In this document: in pieces, positions 38,020 to 50,900 of the stretch | Layout of the letters: the number at the start of each line of letters is the position of its first letter | Numbering within the stretch: the first letter of the stretch is position 1 | Origin: Haliotis cracherodii | Lineage: Eukaryota | Assembly: GCF_022045235.1 (NCBI RefSeq) | Contig: NW_027266273.1 | Span: 19,840,001 to 19,904,000 of the forward strand | DNA: 64,000 nucleotides | Reading direction: 5' to 3' | The notes under the pieces: model-generated | Databases searched by the model: none | Told to the model about the DNA's origin: nothing | What the model saw: the letters and a program-made list of their open reading frames with translations, nothing else | Position numbers and translations under genes: made by a program

Positions 38020-38620
38020 AAACAAGCATATAGTCGACGAAATCACCTATATCCCCCGCCCATTTTAGCACGTTATGGTCCCAAACCAGGTAGCTGACCC
38101 AACATTTCTCGTAGCCCATGTCAAAATAACTGCAATGGAAATTCTAAAATAAACATTTCTAAAACTCCTTAATATCAAATGGCACCAGTTCAGTATGTGC
38201 TTTATATATGGACATGCAGTGTTTGGAAAGGAAATATTTAACAGTTTATGTTATACTCCATAAGTGAACCCACCCAATATTAAAACTTAAATACAACTTG
38301 TTGCCATGAAAACGTAAGAAATAAAAAATTCTAAGAGTGTTAAATATCAAAAGGCACCAGTTCAGTATGTGCCTGGTAGACATGCAAAGTTTTGTAAGAA
38401 AGTATTTAACGGTTTTTGAGTTACGCTCCGGAAACCGGCACCACCCTTATAGAACCTAAGTCCATCTTGTTGCCATAGAAACGTAAAAAATAAACATTTC
38501 TAAATTTCCTAAGTAGCAAAATGCACCAGTTCAGCATGAGTCTGATAGACAGGATTGAATGGGTTTTGAGTTATGCTCCGGAAACGAACTCTACCCTGAA
38601 ACAAAATCCAAATTCATCCC
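38020..38620. repeat. ~171-bp diverged tandem units x3, probably the internal satellite of a DNA/rolling-circle element
   Basis: GCACCAGTTCAG(T/C)ATG near 38182, 38354 and 38523; TTGTTGCCAT repeated. Confidence 0.7.
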
Positions 38621-39387
38621 AGAACAATGCTTAATTTCAGAAGAGCTGAGGCAATGTAGACTTGCCAAATGGATTCAGTTCTTAATTTATTCTGTATGGT
38701 CTGGGAGGCAGACTCTGCTGTTGCTTGAAATACGGAATATCGTCATCAACACACTCGATCATCTCTGTCCTTCTTCATTCGGGTATGTACAAGAACCAAT
38801 GTTATTATTTTTTGCATTAAGTAGAGAATACGTTCAAACAAATTATTTGAGACTTAAACGAGTCAACCCTAGCACAACATAGTTAGATATAATATATACG
38901 AGGTGTTTACACCCAAGATATCAAGAAAAATACACCAGTGTGTTTAGTAAAGATCTAACTTCTTTTGCAGGACCGCCTGTGCACACACAAGATTGTGGGC
39001 ATTAGACAGGAGCTTTGGTGTCAACATATAATAACATGCAGTGAAACTCATCCAACACCTAACTGTGTTGGGTATATAGACATAATATCTTCCGCAATAT
39101 ATTTGTTTAACCTCGCTGGACGAACACGGCCTCCACCTGCATGACGAGAGAGGTTATATAGAACGCTTTGTCTGCTCGAGGGACCTCTCCTTCGTGCCCC
39201 GTGAGCTGCACATGTTGGGTAAATAGAATATGGCACACACAGATTACATCCTGATGCGCGAACTAAATACATAAAATACCTATCTGTACCTCTGAAGGGT
39301 GACTATAACTTTACTGTCAGGTAGAATTACGTTTCAGGTGTGTGTGTGTGTAAAAATAGAACAGTTGACTGTACCCGGCGTTCAAAC

Positions 39388-39876
39388 ATGGCTACCTTTA
39401 TTACAGAACGGGCGACAGATATTGTCCTTGTGCTGTTTTTGTTCAGTCCTCTTGTCATCTGCTACTGGAGCAGCACGTGGGCTATCCTTGACATTTATCT
39501 GTTTCCTAGCAACCAGACCACGTCAGGAAGTGTTTCTATAACTGTTAGCATTATCATAATGGGAATGGCATTTGTTATGCAGTCTCGCCTGAATGATTGC
39601 ATGAGACCAGACCAGCCAGTCAAGAATGTGATTGTCACCCGAATATACAGTTACGTTACAGCATTTGCTATTGTGAATAACTGGCGGGGTATCTGGATGT
39701 TGCTGGATAGGTATACTGGCGTTACCATGATTGGCACATGCTGGAACCTGATTGGTGGAGTAATGGGTTTAGTGCTAATGCGCGCCTACAGGAACACGCT
39801 CGCTCCACCGGGTGCTTGGAGTCTTGATGTAAATACAGGAACACCCTTTACAGTCGTCACTCTCTTCAGATCTGAG
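39388..39876 (+). CDS. Fuseless-like exon 1
   Basis: aaacATGG start; ends FRSE|gtgaga. Confidence 0.85.
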
Positions 39877-42800
39877 GTGAGATTTTGCAATTTGTGTAGT
39901 AAACATGATTGTTTGTTTGTTGTTTAACGCCACACACAGCAATATTCCAGCTATATGACGTCGGTCTGTAAATAATCGATCCTGGATCAGACAATCCAGT
40001 GATTAACGTCATGAGCATCGAGCCACGCAATTGGGATCGATGGCATGCATCAACGAAGTCAGTGAGCTTGACCACCTGATCCCGTTTGTTGAATAGACGC
40101 CTTTTACGACAAGCAAGGGGTGCTGAACACATGGTTGTAAATGAGTTTACCGCCGCATAGATGATGGAGAATCATCTTGATGCGGGAGGAAAGCCCAAAA
40201 TGATGCAGACAAACCTAGAAACATAATCAGGGCGAAGCTAGGACCCATGATCATAGGTGTTTTGCAAGCCTAAGGGATGCTGCTCTGCACAGCGAATCCA
40301 TCGCCTTGGACCTTTGCCCCCAAACGTGATAGTAAAGAAATGATCAGTAATATCAGCATAGTCCAGCGCTTAATCTACGGACGACAATATTTATTTATTA
40401 CACACAATTTTTTTAATGTTATGAATGTAACATCACTTTCCAATAAATGTTATATCTATGACCATCACACTTGGCATATTGCCTTTGTATTTTAATTACG
40501 AAATTGGTGGTCATGTTGTGGGTTAATAGATATCTCGTAATAAATTGTTCCTTCTTATTCTAAGGGGCGGTCGGGTAGCCTAGTGGTTAAAGCGTTCGCT
40601 CGTCACACCGAAGACCCGGGTTCAAATGGGTACAGTTATGCCTGCACCATGACTGTGGAATATATTTTTTTATGAAAAAATCTAGAAACGCATACTGTGT
40701 GAAACCCATTTCTGGTGTCCCACGCCGTGATATCGCTGGAATATTGCTATAAGCGTTGGCGTAAAAAACATACTCGCTCACTCACTCACTCACTCACTTC
40801 TTATTGTCATCAGCTTCCTGCAGAGAATAGATCTGAAGTCTGATGGTGGTGAAATGTGTTGCAGCTACATCTACTTTGTCTTGGTTTTAGTCCTTGTCTT
40901 CCGGCAAAGTTGTAAACGTCTGAGACCTGCATCACTTCGGGCTTTCCTCCCACGTCAAGCTGACGCGCCGTTATATAACTCCACAATAATTCACAAGCGG
41001 CATCAACCCAAAACTCAATCACTCACTCTTGTCTTTCAGAGAGGTAGCATCTTGCACGTTGTCGACGTTGTGTTCAGCGTGATGGTGGTGTCGTCGTTGG
41101 TGTTACTGACGTGGCGGGGGAAGTGGCAACTGCTGCAGCTATCCCTCACCCTCGCCCTCAACAACGACCTCTGGCAAGTAGCAGTCACTGCAGGCGCTGG
41201 CAATGCGCTTCTTCTCCTTCTCTGCATCACAGAGTTCCCCGCCAGGAAGCTCTCCGCATATCTTAATAGAGAACGTCCAATCTTACAAGTTGTATTCGAG
41301 GATGTTTTGGTTTTTATCACATGTTACATGTCTGTCATGTACTGGCAAGGAATGTGGGACTTACTACGTTTATTATTAAAAGGGTCCGATTCAAATTTGA
41401 CCCAGTGGTTAATACATATACTTGGATTCGGGGGTTTGATGGTGCTCCGTTTGAGTAGAACGCTTCAGTTTTCCGGCTTCTTCATCGATGGGGAGTTTCC
41501 TGAGGGTCTTGTCTTGACTCCGGCCTATGTGTCAACGCTCTTGATGACGTCATCACACAACTTGAAGGTAACATACAAGCAGCACATACCGTATTCGACG
41601 TAATAAGCGCCCAGGGCGCTCTCAAAATTGGAAATAGGGGGCTCTTATTAGAACATCATTTTTGGTAAAAAAACAGTAGAACGATAAATTTCGTGGTTTA
41701 TGCTGACAGCCTGAAATGTTTATGTACGAAAGATATATTTTTCCAGAATTTAATTGCCCATAATTAAGGGTGCATATAACACATGAGTGCGTATTATACG
41801 CGAATAAATAAGTCTCTTGTACATTGATCAAACGGAAGGGGTGCTAATTGGGATTGTTCACTAGCCAATACATTAGTAAATATCGCCGTGGGTGCTTATT
41901 AGAGTGGGGGCGCTTATTACGTCGAATACGGTAATCTATTTCGGTACGGATCGAAGTGTTTTACCTTTTACCAAAGGTTCAAGTGCGTTAGAATTCCAGT
42001 TTCATAGTCCTTAATTTGTTGTGGACCGCCTCCGTGGTATAGTGGTAGAGCGTCCGCCTGGGGAGCGGAAGGTCCGGAGTTCGATCCCCGGCCGCGTCAT
42101 ACCAAAAGACGCTAAAAGATGGTACTTGTTGTTACCCTGTCTGCGCTCGGCATTAAGGGGCTAAAACAAGGACTGGTCGGCTCGGAGTCAGTATACTGTG
42201 TCTGAGTGGGGTATTCATGTTAAACTGCGGCATGTTATCTCAGTGAGCGAGCACTATAAATCGGCATCAATCCGGACTAGTACAAGCAGCCACACACACA
42301 CACACACGTGCATGCACGTCGCTATATAAGTGCAATAATCTTGGACGCGACGTTAAACCCAATTTCACCTCACCTCACCTTAATTTGTTGTGGGTTCTAC
42401 CAGTGGTAAAAATGTACGCTCATCTTGGACTTACCTTCCACTATAAGCTTATATATACCACAACTGAAATCTTGTTGAAAGCATCGTAAAATCCCATCTC
42501 ACTCACTCACTCAATGAGAGATGGACTAAACCGACTCCTCGTATTTTGGAACTTTATTGTGTGACTGTGTCTGTCTCATTCACAAAACATGATTTTCCAT
42601 ATGATTACATATCAACTAGCCAAGATACACTACAAAAATAATAATAACACGAAGAGGCGACTTAGTGGATCGGGTGGTCATGGTGACTTAGTTGATTGTG
42701 TGTCAACCCTGACGGCATGGATTATTGCTCGTAATATCAATGGTTTGTCTAGTCCAGAATCGATTATTTACAGGTTGTCGTTATATAGCTGGAATACAGC

Positions 42801-43334
42801 TTAGTGCAGCATTAAACAAGAAACAAACAAACAAACATTATACATTTACTTGCTCAAAAGAATCAAGTTCCGAATAGAAAATATGCGGAAATCCAAAAAT
42901 TATTTGATTTCTTGGAAAGATTAACAAATTAAAAGTATAGTTCATTTCTGTCAAGTGCACCTTATAAAACATGACACCGAACGTAATCTAGTGAGCAAAT
43001 AACAAGATTGTTGTATGATACGTGTAGTTTAGTTTGTTCCATTAACAGTGATTCGTTAAACTACACACATATATTGTTATGCAAGAAAATCAGAACTTTC
43101 TGAAGTCCAAAACAAAGCACGATTTGATGTAGACGCTGCTCTATGCAGACTGTTTGATTAAAATGCAGGGCATGTTGGCTAAGAAGCTTAAGTTCCCCAT
43201 GTGATTTTCAGAATTCCACGGACACCTGTCATGAGAAGTCCAACATGGCGAGTGTGACGACTGTGGGTGCCGAAGTGACACCGCCAGACAACATGGACAG
43301 TCTTGTAGAAGTTCTTGAATCCACTCATATGTAA
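39388..43334 (+). CDS. Fuseless-family multi-pass membrane protein; join(39388-39876,41040-41567,43212-43334), 379 aa
   Basis: Repeated TM modules ending in W-R/x-G-x-W (PLVICYWSSTWAILD, VNNWRGIWMLLD, LLTWRGKWQLL, VMYWQGMWDLL), typical of Fuseless. Phase-0 GT-AG introns. Exon 3 (NSTDT...ESTHM*) is less certain. Confidence 0.8.
39905..40130 (-). mobile_element. Retroposon family B
   Basis: Homology. Confidence 0.8.
40564..40797 (+). mobile_element. SINE family A with an internal ~60-bp insertion
   Basis: Homology; ACTC tail. Confidence 0.85.
41040..41567 (+). CDS. Fuseless-like exon 2
   Basis: tttcag|RGSILHVVD...SHNLK|gtaaca. Confidence 0.85.
41589..41931. mobile_element. Tc1/mariner-superfamily MITE (CCGTA termini), copy 2
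   Basis: Perfect 24-bp TIR and TA TSD. Confidence 0.88.
42025..42377 (+). mobile_element. tRNA-headed SINE family C (Meta-SINE-like, ~350 bp, TCACC tail)
   Basis: A/B boxes; central GTCATACCAAAAGAC..AAAAGATGGTAC..CCCTG..GCGCTC.GCATT resembles the Meta domain (from memory); TSD CCTTAATTTGTTGTGG. Confidence 0.85.
43212..43334 (+). CDS. Fuseless-like terminal exon (hydrophilic tail)
   Basis: tttcag| 40 codons open in phase 0 to TAA. Confidence 0.6.
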   Translation, partial: NSTDTCHEKSNMASVTTVGAEVTPPDNMDSLVEVLESTHM

Positions 43335-43479
43335 ACCGTTTATGTGTCCAAACCAAACTCACTCCCCCAAACAACCCTTCCTTGACCGAACTAACCTTAC
43401 CCGATTGTAAAATTTAACGTTGCATCGGGATTATTTCAGCCATATAGCCACTAAAGATGAAGAGACACATCCAGGTCTA

Positions 43480-44420
43480 ATAACTCTTCAAGAAGTACTG
43501 GAGAAAATACTTGCAGAAATAGGGAGCATGAAATCGGAGATATGTAACGCCAAATCAGAGTGAGTGAGTGAGTGAGTATGGTTTTACGCCGCTTTTAGCA
43601 ATATTCCAGCAATATCACGGCGGGGACACCAGAAATGGGCTTCACACATTGTACCCATGTCGGGAATCGAACCCGGGTCTTCGGCGTGACGAGCGAACGC
43701 TTTAACCACTAGGCTACCCGACCACCCCCAAATCAGATATAAGCACACAAATTGCAGAACAAAAGAACGACATTCACCTTACTTATTCTAAATGTGAAAA
43801 ATTGGAAGATTATGTTACAGAACTGCATAGTGATCTAAACAGAATGAAACAGAACCATGCTTATCTATCTTCCAGGGCTAAGGGTCAAACTAGGCTGGAA
43901 GTATGGAGTTGTATTTTGGCTGGACCAACGAGTCTAGTCATAGTACAAAAAAAATCCCGTAACGATATCGTAAGGACATTACTTGTAATAGCAACGGGTG
44001 GCGCTTCGGCCGAGCCCAGAAATTCCAGCCAAGTTCGGCAAGGGTGGAAACTGGACTTTTAAAGTCAGTTAACTCCTTGCCGCTCGGGAAGATGAACCAT
44101 GATATAATGTATGACGACATTGAAAGACGAACTAGAAAGACTTGAGTCCTACTGCAGACGTAATAATATCCTCATCCACGGAATACCGGAAGCTGCAGGC
44201 GTAGAAATAATCAACGGCATGTAAAGATTCGGTGTTGTCCGTCCTCAGTGAACATACTCAATTCAAAACGTGGCAGCCATTGGGCATAATACGTGCACAT
44301 GGGCTTGGCGTTAACATGTAAATGCATGTCCACCTCGTCCAATGATTGCTAAGCTACATTCGTTTGACGACAAATCCCGTGCCTTGAAAGCGACACCTAC
44401 ATTCAAGGAAGGAACTTCCA
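43480..44420 (+). pseudogene. Degenerate non-LTR retrotransposon ORF1 (coiled-coil + L1-type RRM)
   Basis: Coiled-coil-like LEKILAEI...KLEDYVTEL, then NILIHGIPE, IIRAHGLG and PRPMIAKL. Stops and frameshifts present; interrupted by a SINE with TSD CCAAATCAGA. Confidence 0.6.
43560..43728 (-). mobile_element. SINE family A inserted in the LINE relic
   Basis: Homology; TSD CCAAATCAGA. Confidence 0.9.
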
Positions 44421-45916
44421 GTGACCGTCACGTCAACGTCAGCAGCTGTGGGCACCATTCGTCACCACTCGCATGTTTCCGTAACCTACAAGGCTTGTCC
44501 TCATCAAGAAGGCCGCCACGCGTCGAAATGTCGCAAGCCAACCAGATCGAATTCTTCGATCAATATAATCCCTATAGTATTTAATAATTTTGGCAGTATG
44601 CGTTTCTTTAAAAAATGTAGAAAATTGTAGATGGGTCAGTTCCACAGCACAGTGAATACAGATAACAGTACTGTGATATTTATATATTGATGTTACTTGT
44701 TGGATCATATTGGATGATAAATTCAAATGTGCAGGTACGTTTGTTTACATTCAGGATGTCATCGATCACAATTGCGTGGATCGATGCTGATGATATTAAT
44801 CATTGGATTGTCTTGTCCAGACTCGATTATTTACAGACTCTGGTCATATAGCTGGAATACTGCTGAGTGCGGCGTTAAACAACAAACCAACATTCAGGAA
44901 GCGGCACACTTGACTGCGAGATCAGTTCAATTTAGCTATATAACTAGACCTGGCTTTCAAAAAACGACATTGCGTGTAATATCCCTTTGTATATAAAACC
45001 ACGGAGTGAAAAATGTATTAAAGTTATTTTTAATCACCGATTTCAAATCATAATGTTTGCGTACCTGTTGGTTGTAATTAACAGACCCAGATAGCCAATG
45101 CCCCCAATATAAAAAAACATTTGTACCGATTAATAAAATGCATGTTGTTCTGAAATATTAGAATTTGTAAAGTGGACATAAATCTATATACGTCTTTGGG
45201 ACATGCAACTCTAGCGATCGGTGAATTTGCACATTCATACTTTTCAAAGTATTCATTGACCATGTCAAAGTATGTAACAGAGATATTACGTCTTGGGTGG
45301 GTGATCCATGTGGGGATTCATGTGATTTGTTGATGGCGGTTTATGGGATTTGTAAAGTAAGGTTATATTACTGGTATACAATGACAAAATTCTATAATTT
45401 AACAAGCACACCAATGCATTATTACATTTTGCATTTGTGGTATATACAACGAGAATCACTTTATCAAAGCATATATGACACAATACCAATCAGCCATTTT
45501 AGTTGTTAGGGCAGAGCAAGTCTATGTCAGCTTAGTTACATTTTTTTGTAGTTACGAATGCTACAATGAATGTTGAATGTTTTAGGGCTGCTGATAATGT
45601 TAATAATTGCCGCGACAAACAATGTTGAACGAGTTGTGTCCCCTGAACTTAGTTTCTTTGTACTTGTTTGTCAAGATCAAGTCATCCAAGGAAATAGGAA
45701 TTTGGCAGTTTCAAATTATTCTTTAAAGAAATCTCGCACCGTTTCAATACTTTATGAAAATGTTAGTGTTCATATTACATAACTAAAAGAAGGTATGAAA
45801 TTTGAAACTGTACATGAATCATATATGCAAGATATTATGTCAGCTTCATTCACTATGTAAATTTAACATTCCGTATTTCATGCTACGGGTTATGTACAAA
45901 TTGCCACTAGAGAACA

Positions 45917-46116
45917 GACCCGTGAAGATCCGGTGTAGAATAGGTCTTCAGCAACCTGAGCTTGCCATAAGAGGCGACTAACCGGTCGGGTGGTCATGCT
46001 CGCCGACTTTGTTGATCCCAATGGCATGGATTGATACTCGCAATATCAGTCACTGGATTGTCTGGTCCAGACTCGATTATTTACAGACAGCAGTCATATA
46101 GCTGGAATATTGCTGA
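45917..46116 (+). mobile_element. Retroposon family B
   Basis: Starts GACCCGTGAAGATCC; TSD CCACTAGA(G/A)AACA. Confidence 0.85.
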
Positions 46117-47768
46117 CCACTAGAAAACAGGTGAAATCGCTTCACACATCTTGTGCAACTGTGGACGTGGTTTGTTTTCTTACCACCCAAGTAGAAGATC
46201 AACAATTTGCGATCATGTTGTATCTGCATGCTTCCAAGTTACAAATTACAACATTTTTTAATCAGCTGTTAAATGCTCTCATGTATTTACATATAGTGGG
46301 CAATTGCTATCTACATACAATTTCCGAGGGATGTTTTAAAGCTGTTTTGAACAGTATTTCAGTAACATAACGGCCTGTAAGCTTGAGGACTTCACGTTTA
46401 CCAGTTTGCTGAAAACCATGTGGCAAGTTATTTTGTTGACAAACCTTGAAACATATGGGGCGACCCAGGATTCAAACCCAAGAATAGTTGGTCATCGACC
46501 TAAAACATTTATCACATAACTCACTTTGAGAACAGTCTTGTGGGCTTTGCAGTTGAGTCCCTTCAGAATTTGATTAGTGGACCCTTTCATTGACTGTTGA
46601 TAGGTTAGTGCATGGTATGAGATTTGAGAATGTCAACATTCCAGTTTAAGCTCTGATTAATTTAAAGCACATGACCTGTCAATGCAATCAGTCATGCCTC
46701 CCAAACCTGAACTTGCATTTTTGAATGGATAAAAAATCATGAGTACATGTATGTATTTGTTCACATTACTGCGTGGGAATAAAGCCTCATGCCAAGTCAG
46801 TCATCCAAGCAGACCAGACATTCTTTTTACGTTTGTTTTACAGACTTGATAGTGAAAAAACGTGGTTGGTAGATCCTAAAATTAGTTATCTGGATCGGTA
46901 GTGACAAAAAGGTCGCCTTGTAATGATTTATAGTCGCAAACAATTGGTTCAGTAATTAAAATGTCCCTTAGATTATTTAATAATATTTATTATCAGAGCT
47001 ATCTTTAACGTCAACGATATAAAATGAACATTCCGATTGCATTTTATTTCTAAATTTACGGTTGGCAGAGACCTAAAGACCTTCACCTTATACACTGAAC
47101 CACTGTCATAAATGTCCTCGATATTTTTCAAATTTGGTAATGAAGCAGAAGAATGTCCAATCAAAATGTTCTGTTACCACGATGTCCTGATGACAAGTGT
47201 CTCCAACAGTATCACTGCCAGTGAGAGATATTGTGAGCAAAGATCCACTCAAACTGGCTGATGAGTCGTGAAGTCTCCATGCACTACCACCTGATACACG
47301 AAGTTGCGACATGCAAAGGTTGACAAGTTCTTTCCCAGACTCCCCAAAGGACAGCATATATGCTTTAAAAAAAGCTTTATAGACAATAACCAATGGTCTA
47401 TGGCTTGTCCCTTACTGGTAGTCAAAATTTTGAATTAGAAAACTTGGGATTGTTCAAGCAGCAGCTCTGTCCAAAAATTGTGTTATATATAACAACAAAC
47501 ATGTAAATGTTAATACGTTTTATTTTGTCTTTTGAACTCTTTCTATAAAGAGTGGATACGGTATCTGTACAGCAATCAAACTTAATGATTTTCTTGTTTA
47601 TATCTTACACCTCGCCTACAAAACTTTCATGTTTTATACAGTTCTGCTAGAACTGCTTTTCCTCATGTTGGGCCCTAGATCTGCAAACACACCAGTTTTT
47701 TTATGAATATGATCCACGAACAGTTGAACAAACAAACGCGCCTGGTATTTCTTCTATTGTCTATAACA

Positions 47769-47932
47769 TTAAAAGGCGAACAACAGGAGGAAAGCCATCA
47801 TCAGACAGAAAAGACCCATAGCCTCGGACAAGGCAAATCCAAGAATGGCATATGAGAAGAGCTGCTGCTTCAGAGATGGATTCCTGGCATAACCGATAAC
47901 TAAGCTTCCGAAAACGCTTCCAATTCCAGCTC
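47769..47932 (-). CDS. ATP5MC: ATP synthase c terminal exon
   Basis: AGIGSVFG...ARNP...SEAMG...FAF*. Confidence 0.97.
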
Positions 47933-50900
47933 CTGAAATCACAAATACAATGTAATCAATTGCATTCTTTGAACATAACCGAAGTACATACTTTATCCTT
48001 GGTTTATGAACCAAATCATGGTCAGTAGGCCCGGAGGGAGGGGGGGGGACATTTGTGTCATAGTACTTAATTTTGATAAAAATGTACTATTTGGGCAGTA
48101 TTCATTAAGCCAGTCTTGCTATTCAGATGAGTTTGCACCAGGCAAAACATTAACACTTAAAAATGAAAATATACCGGCAATCAAATCTAACCTAAAGATG
48201 TAGATAAAATACCCGAACGAAATAGGTATGCTTAAACGGAGTACCAGTAGTGGCATTAAAAACATTAGTTATTTCTTACCTGATCCTGCTACTCCTACTG
48301 TGGCAGCTCCAGCGCCAATGTATTTGGCAGCCTGATCAATATCACGTTGCACAGCACTTGTTTGAAATGTTCGTATCTGAAGTATGAGTTGCCATGAATA
48401 AATGCTTTGGTTAAATGGATATGACCATTATCACGATTCATTGTCAATTCTAAATTCATTATCAAAATGCCAAAAAAAACACTCATACAACACTTTTCTG
48501 GGAACCAACAGTCAATCAACGACAATGCCTGTCCAATATCAATAACTTTCTCCGACATTTTAAGTTCAGACATAAAGGGTCAGATTTTGACTAACTCTAC
48601 AATGTTACGCCCGAGAGCCATCAATCTTCAATTTGTTTTTGAAAAGATAGTGCCTTGGCAATTGAGCTCACATGGTTACTTACTCAACAGTATAAAATTT
48701 CAACAGCTTAAAGAACAGCCACTGAACAAAAGTTGCAGTCAGCACTGATATTCTAATAGATATTCTGCATAAATATGAAAAGCTAACCAATTAACAAATG
48801 AGTTAGGAGAAACATGCATGCCAATGTTTAGCTCCCTTTAAGCATGTTCAGTCCTAATTTCAGAAGACATTCAGAGGCAAATATGCATTTGGAGAGAACT
48901 AAAGAGCATATGGTCCATCTAAAACCTGGTAACAATTACATTTTGAAAAAAAATTGCACTGTAACAGCCATAGAGGTTTGACAATGATGGATGTCATTGC
49001 CATATTGAAAATTGGATGCAAAACTTTAAAACAAATGGGGGTGTCATAAAGGAGAACAAGTATTAAGTTTCATTTGTCCAGTGGTTTCTGGGCAGAGATT
49101 AACATGTTTACAAAAAAAAGGTGGATATGTGAAACTAAAATTTATAGTATTCCCTTGCTTAAGTAAGACGAGATTGGATTTTGTCGTGACCATTTAACCT
49201 CAAACGGATTTGTACTTTCATGAGACATTAAAAACGCAAAGTTAACATTAAGCATTTACTTCTGGCATTTCAAGATGTTACATTACGGTGCAATGCAATC
49301 ATCTAGGATGAACGCATTATATCCCTATTTGCCCCATAGAAAAGGGAAGCATACTAGTTTACAAATTTATCAGTTGGGAGCATGTTGTCAAGATATGTAC
49401 CTGTGAGATAATTGATGACACATTGTTGTTAACAGGGGCTATGTTAAGAGCGCTGAAACCTGTGTAGGATGAGAGGTTTGCTGTTGGAGCTGCTAGAGGG
49501 ATCTGCTGAAAGAAAAATATTCAATTAACAAATGTTATCTTCATATATCCGATATTTTTAGAGTAGAGTTCTAAGAGGAGTATATCCATTTGATTTATGT
49601 GGGAAGAGTGAGTGAGTGAGTGAGTTTAACGCCGCTTTTAACAGTATTACAGCTATATCACAGCGTGTCAGCTTAATGTGGGAGGAAAGCCCGAAGTGAG
49701 GCAGGTCTCAGACATTTACCACTTCGGTGAAACCCACGAGCACGGGTATGGTGCTGACAAACCTAGAAACATAATCAGGGCGAACCGGGATTCGAACCCA
49801 CATTCATAGGTTTCTGGTGTGCCCAAGGGACGCAACTCTGCACAGCGAATTGCGGCACCTTAGACGACTGGGCCACCTGTGGCCCCCTATGTGGGTAGAG
49901 GGACTGGGGTGTGATGAATAGTTTGTTCAGAAATATGCCCCAAATGGACATGTTTTGTGAAAAGTACCCAAACACTATTTTGTGTTAATACTAATAGTGC
50001 AAATGATTAGATGTTTTTGATGGTGCTCCATAAATAAGTTCCTTGGGTACAGCTAGGGGAGGGGGGAGGTGAGGAGAAGGAGAGAGAAGAGAGAAGGAAA
50101 TAGATTGTCAAAAGAATTCCCACTCCCACCATACAAAAAAAACAAAACCAAAAAACCCATACAAATTCAATGGCTGTCCCCTAAATAGTATGTATTAAGT
50201 TGGCTACGGTGCCCGTTCAAATCCCACAAAAATGGCAAATAATGAAGTTAAGAGTACATTTCACCTAAGTTTGTATAACGCCACAGTCAGCATATTCCAG
50301 TAATGTGACACTGACAACTGCCTGTAAATAACCGAGCCTGGACCAGACAACACACCGATTGACATGTGCATCGATCTACGCAACTGGGATAAGATAACAT
50401 TCATCAATCAAGTCAGCAAGCCTAACTACCTGATCCTCTTATGACAAGCATGGGTTGCTGAAGAACAATTCTTACCCAGATCTTCACGGGCATCATCAAG
50501 TAAACAAAGGAAATGACAGATAAGGTGGTGTGTCACTGGTGTAGTGTATTGTAGCGAGGTGAAAATGATGAACTAATTCAACACCACCAATGGTAACAAA
50601 GAACATGTTTTCACTCATAAAAACATGTCCCCACCCAACCATTATCTTGATACATTAGTTCAAGTTGATAATATAAAGGTATATGCCAATCCATAAAATT
50701 TCCAATTTTTTTCCATGGTAACACAAGCAAGTAACAAAATTAAAATTGAAAAATATGAAAGGCAATAGTTTAGCATCTGGTCATAACACTAATAGTTTCA
50801 TGCAACTCTCACTTTTTGTATATCTTTAGAGATTGTTCGGTTAGGTTGACATGTTTCCTACTTTATATGTTCTTTTTCAAATGTTAATTTTTCATTGTAA

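Noticed and set aside
46840-47400. Possible extra exons between the Fuseless-like gene and ATP5MC
   Set aside because: Frames close quickly after the candidate acceptors and no homology was recognisable.
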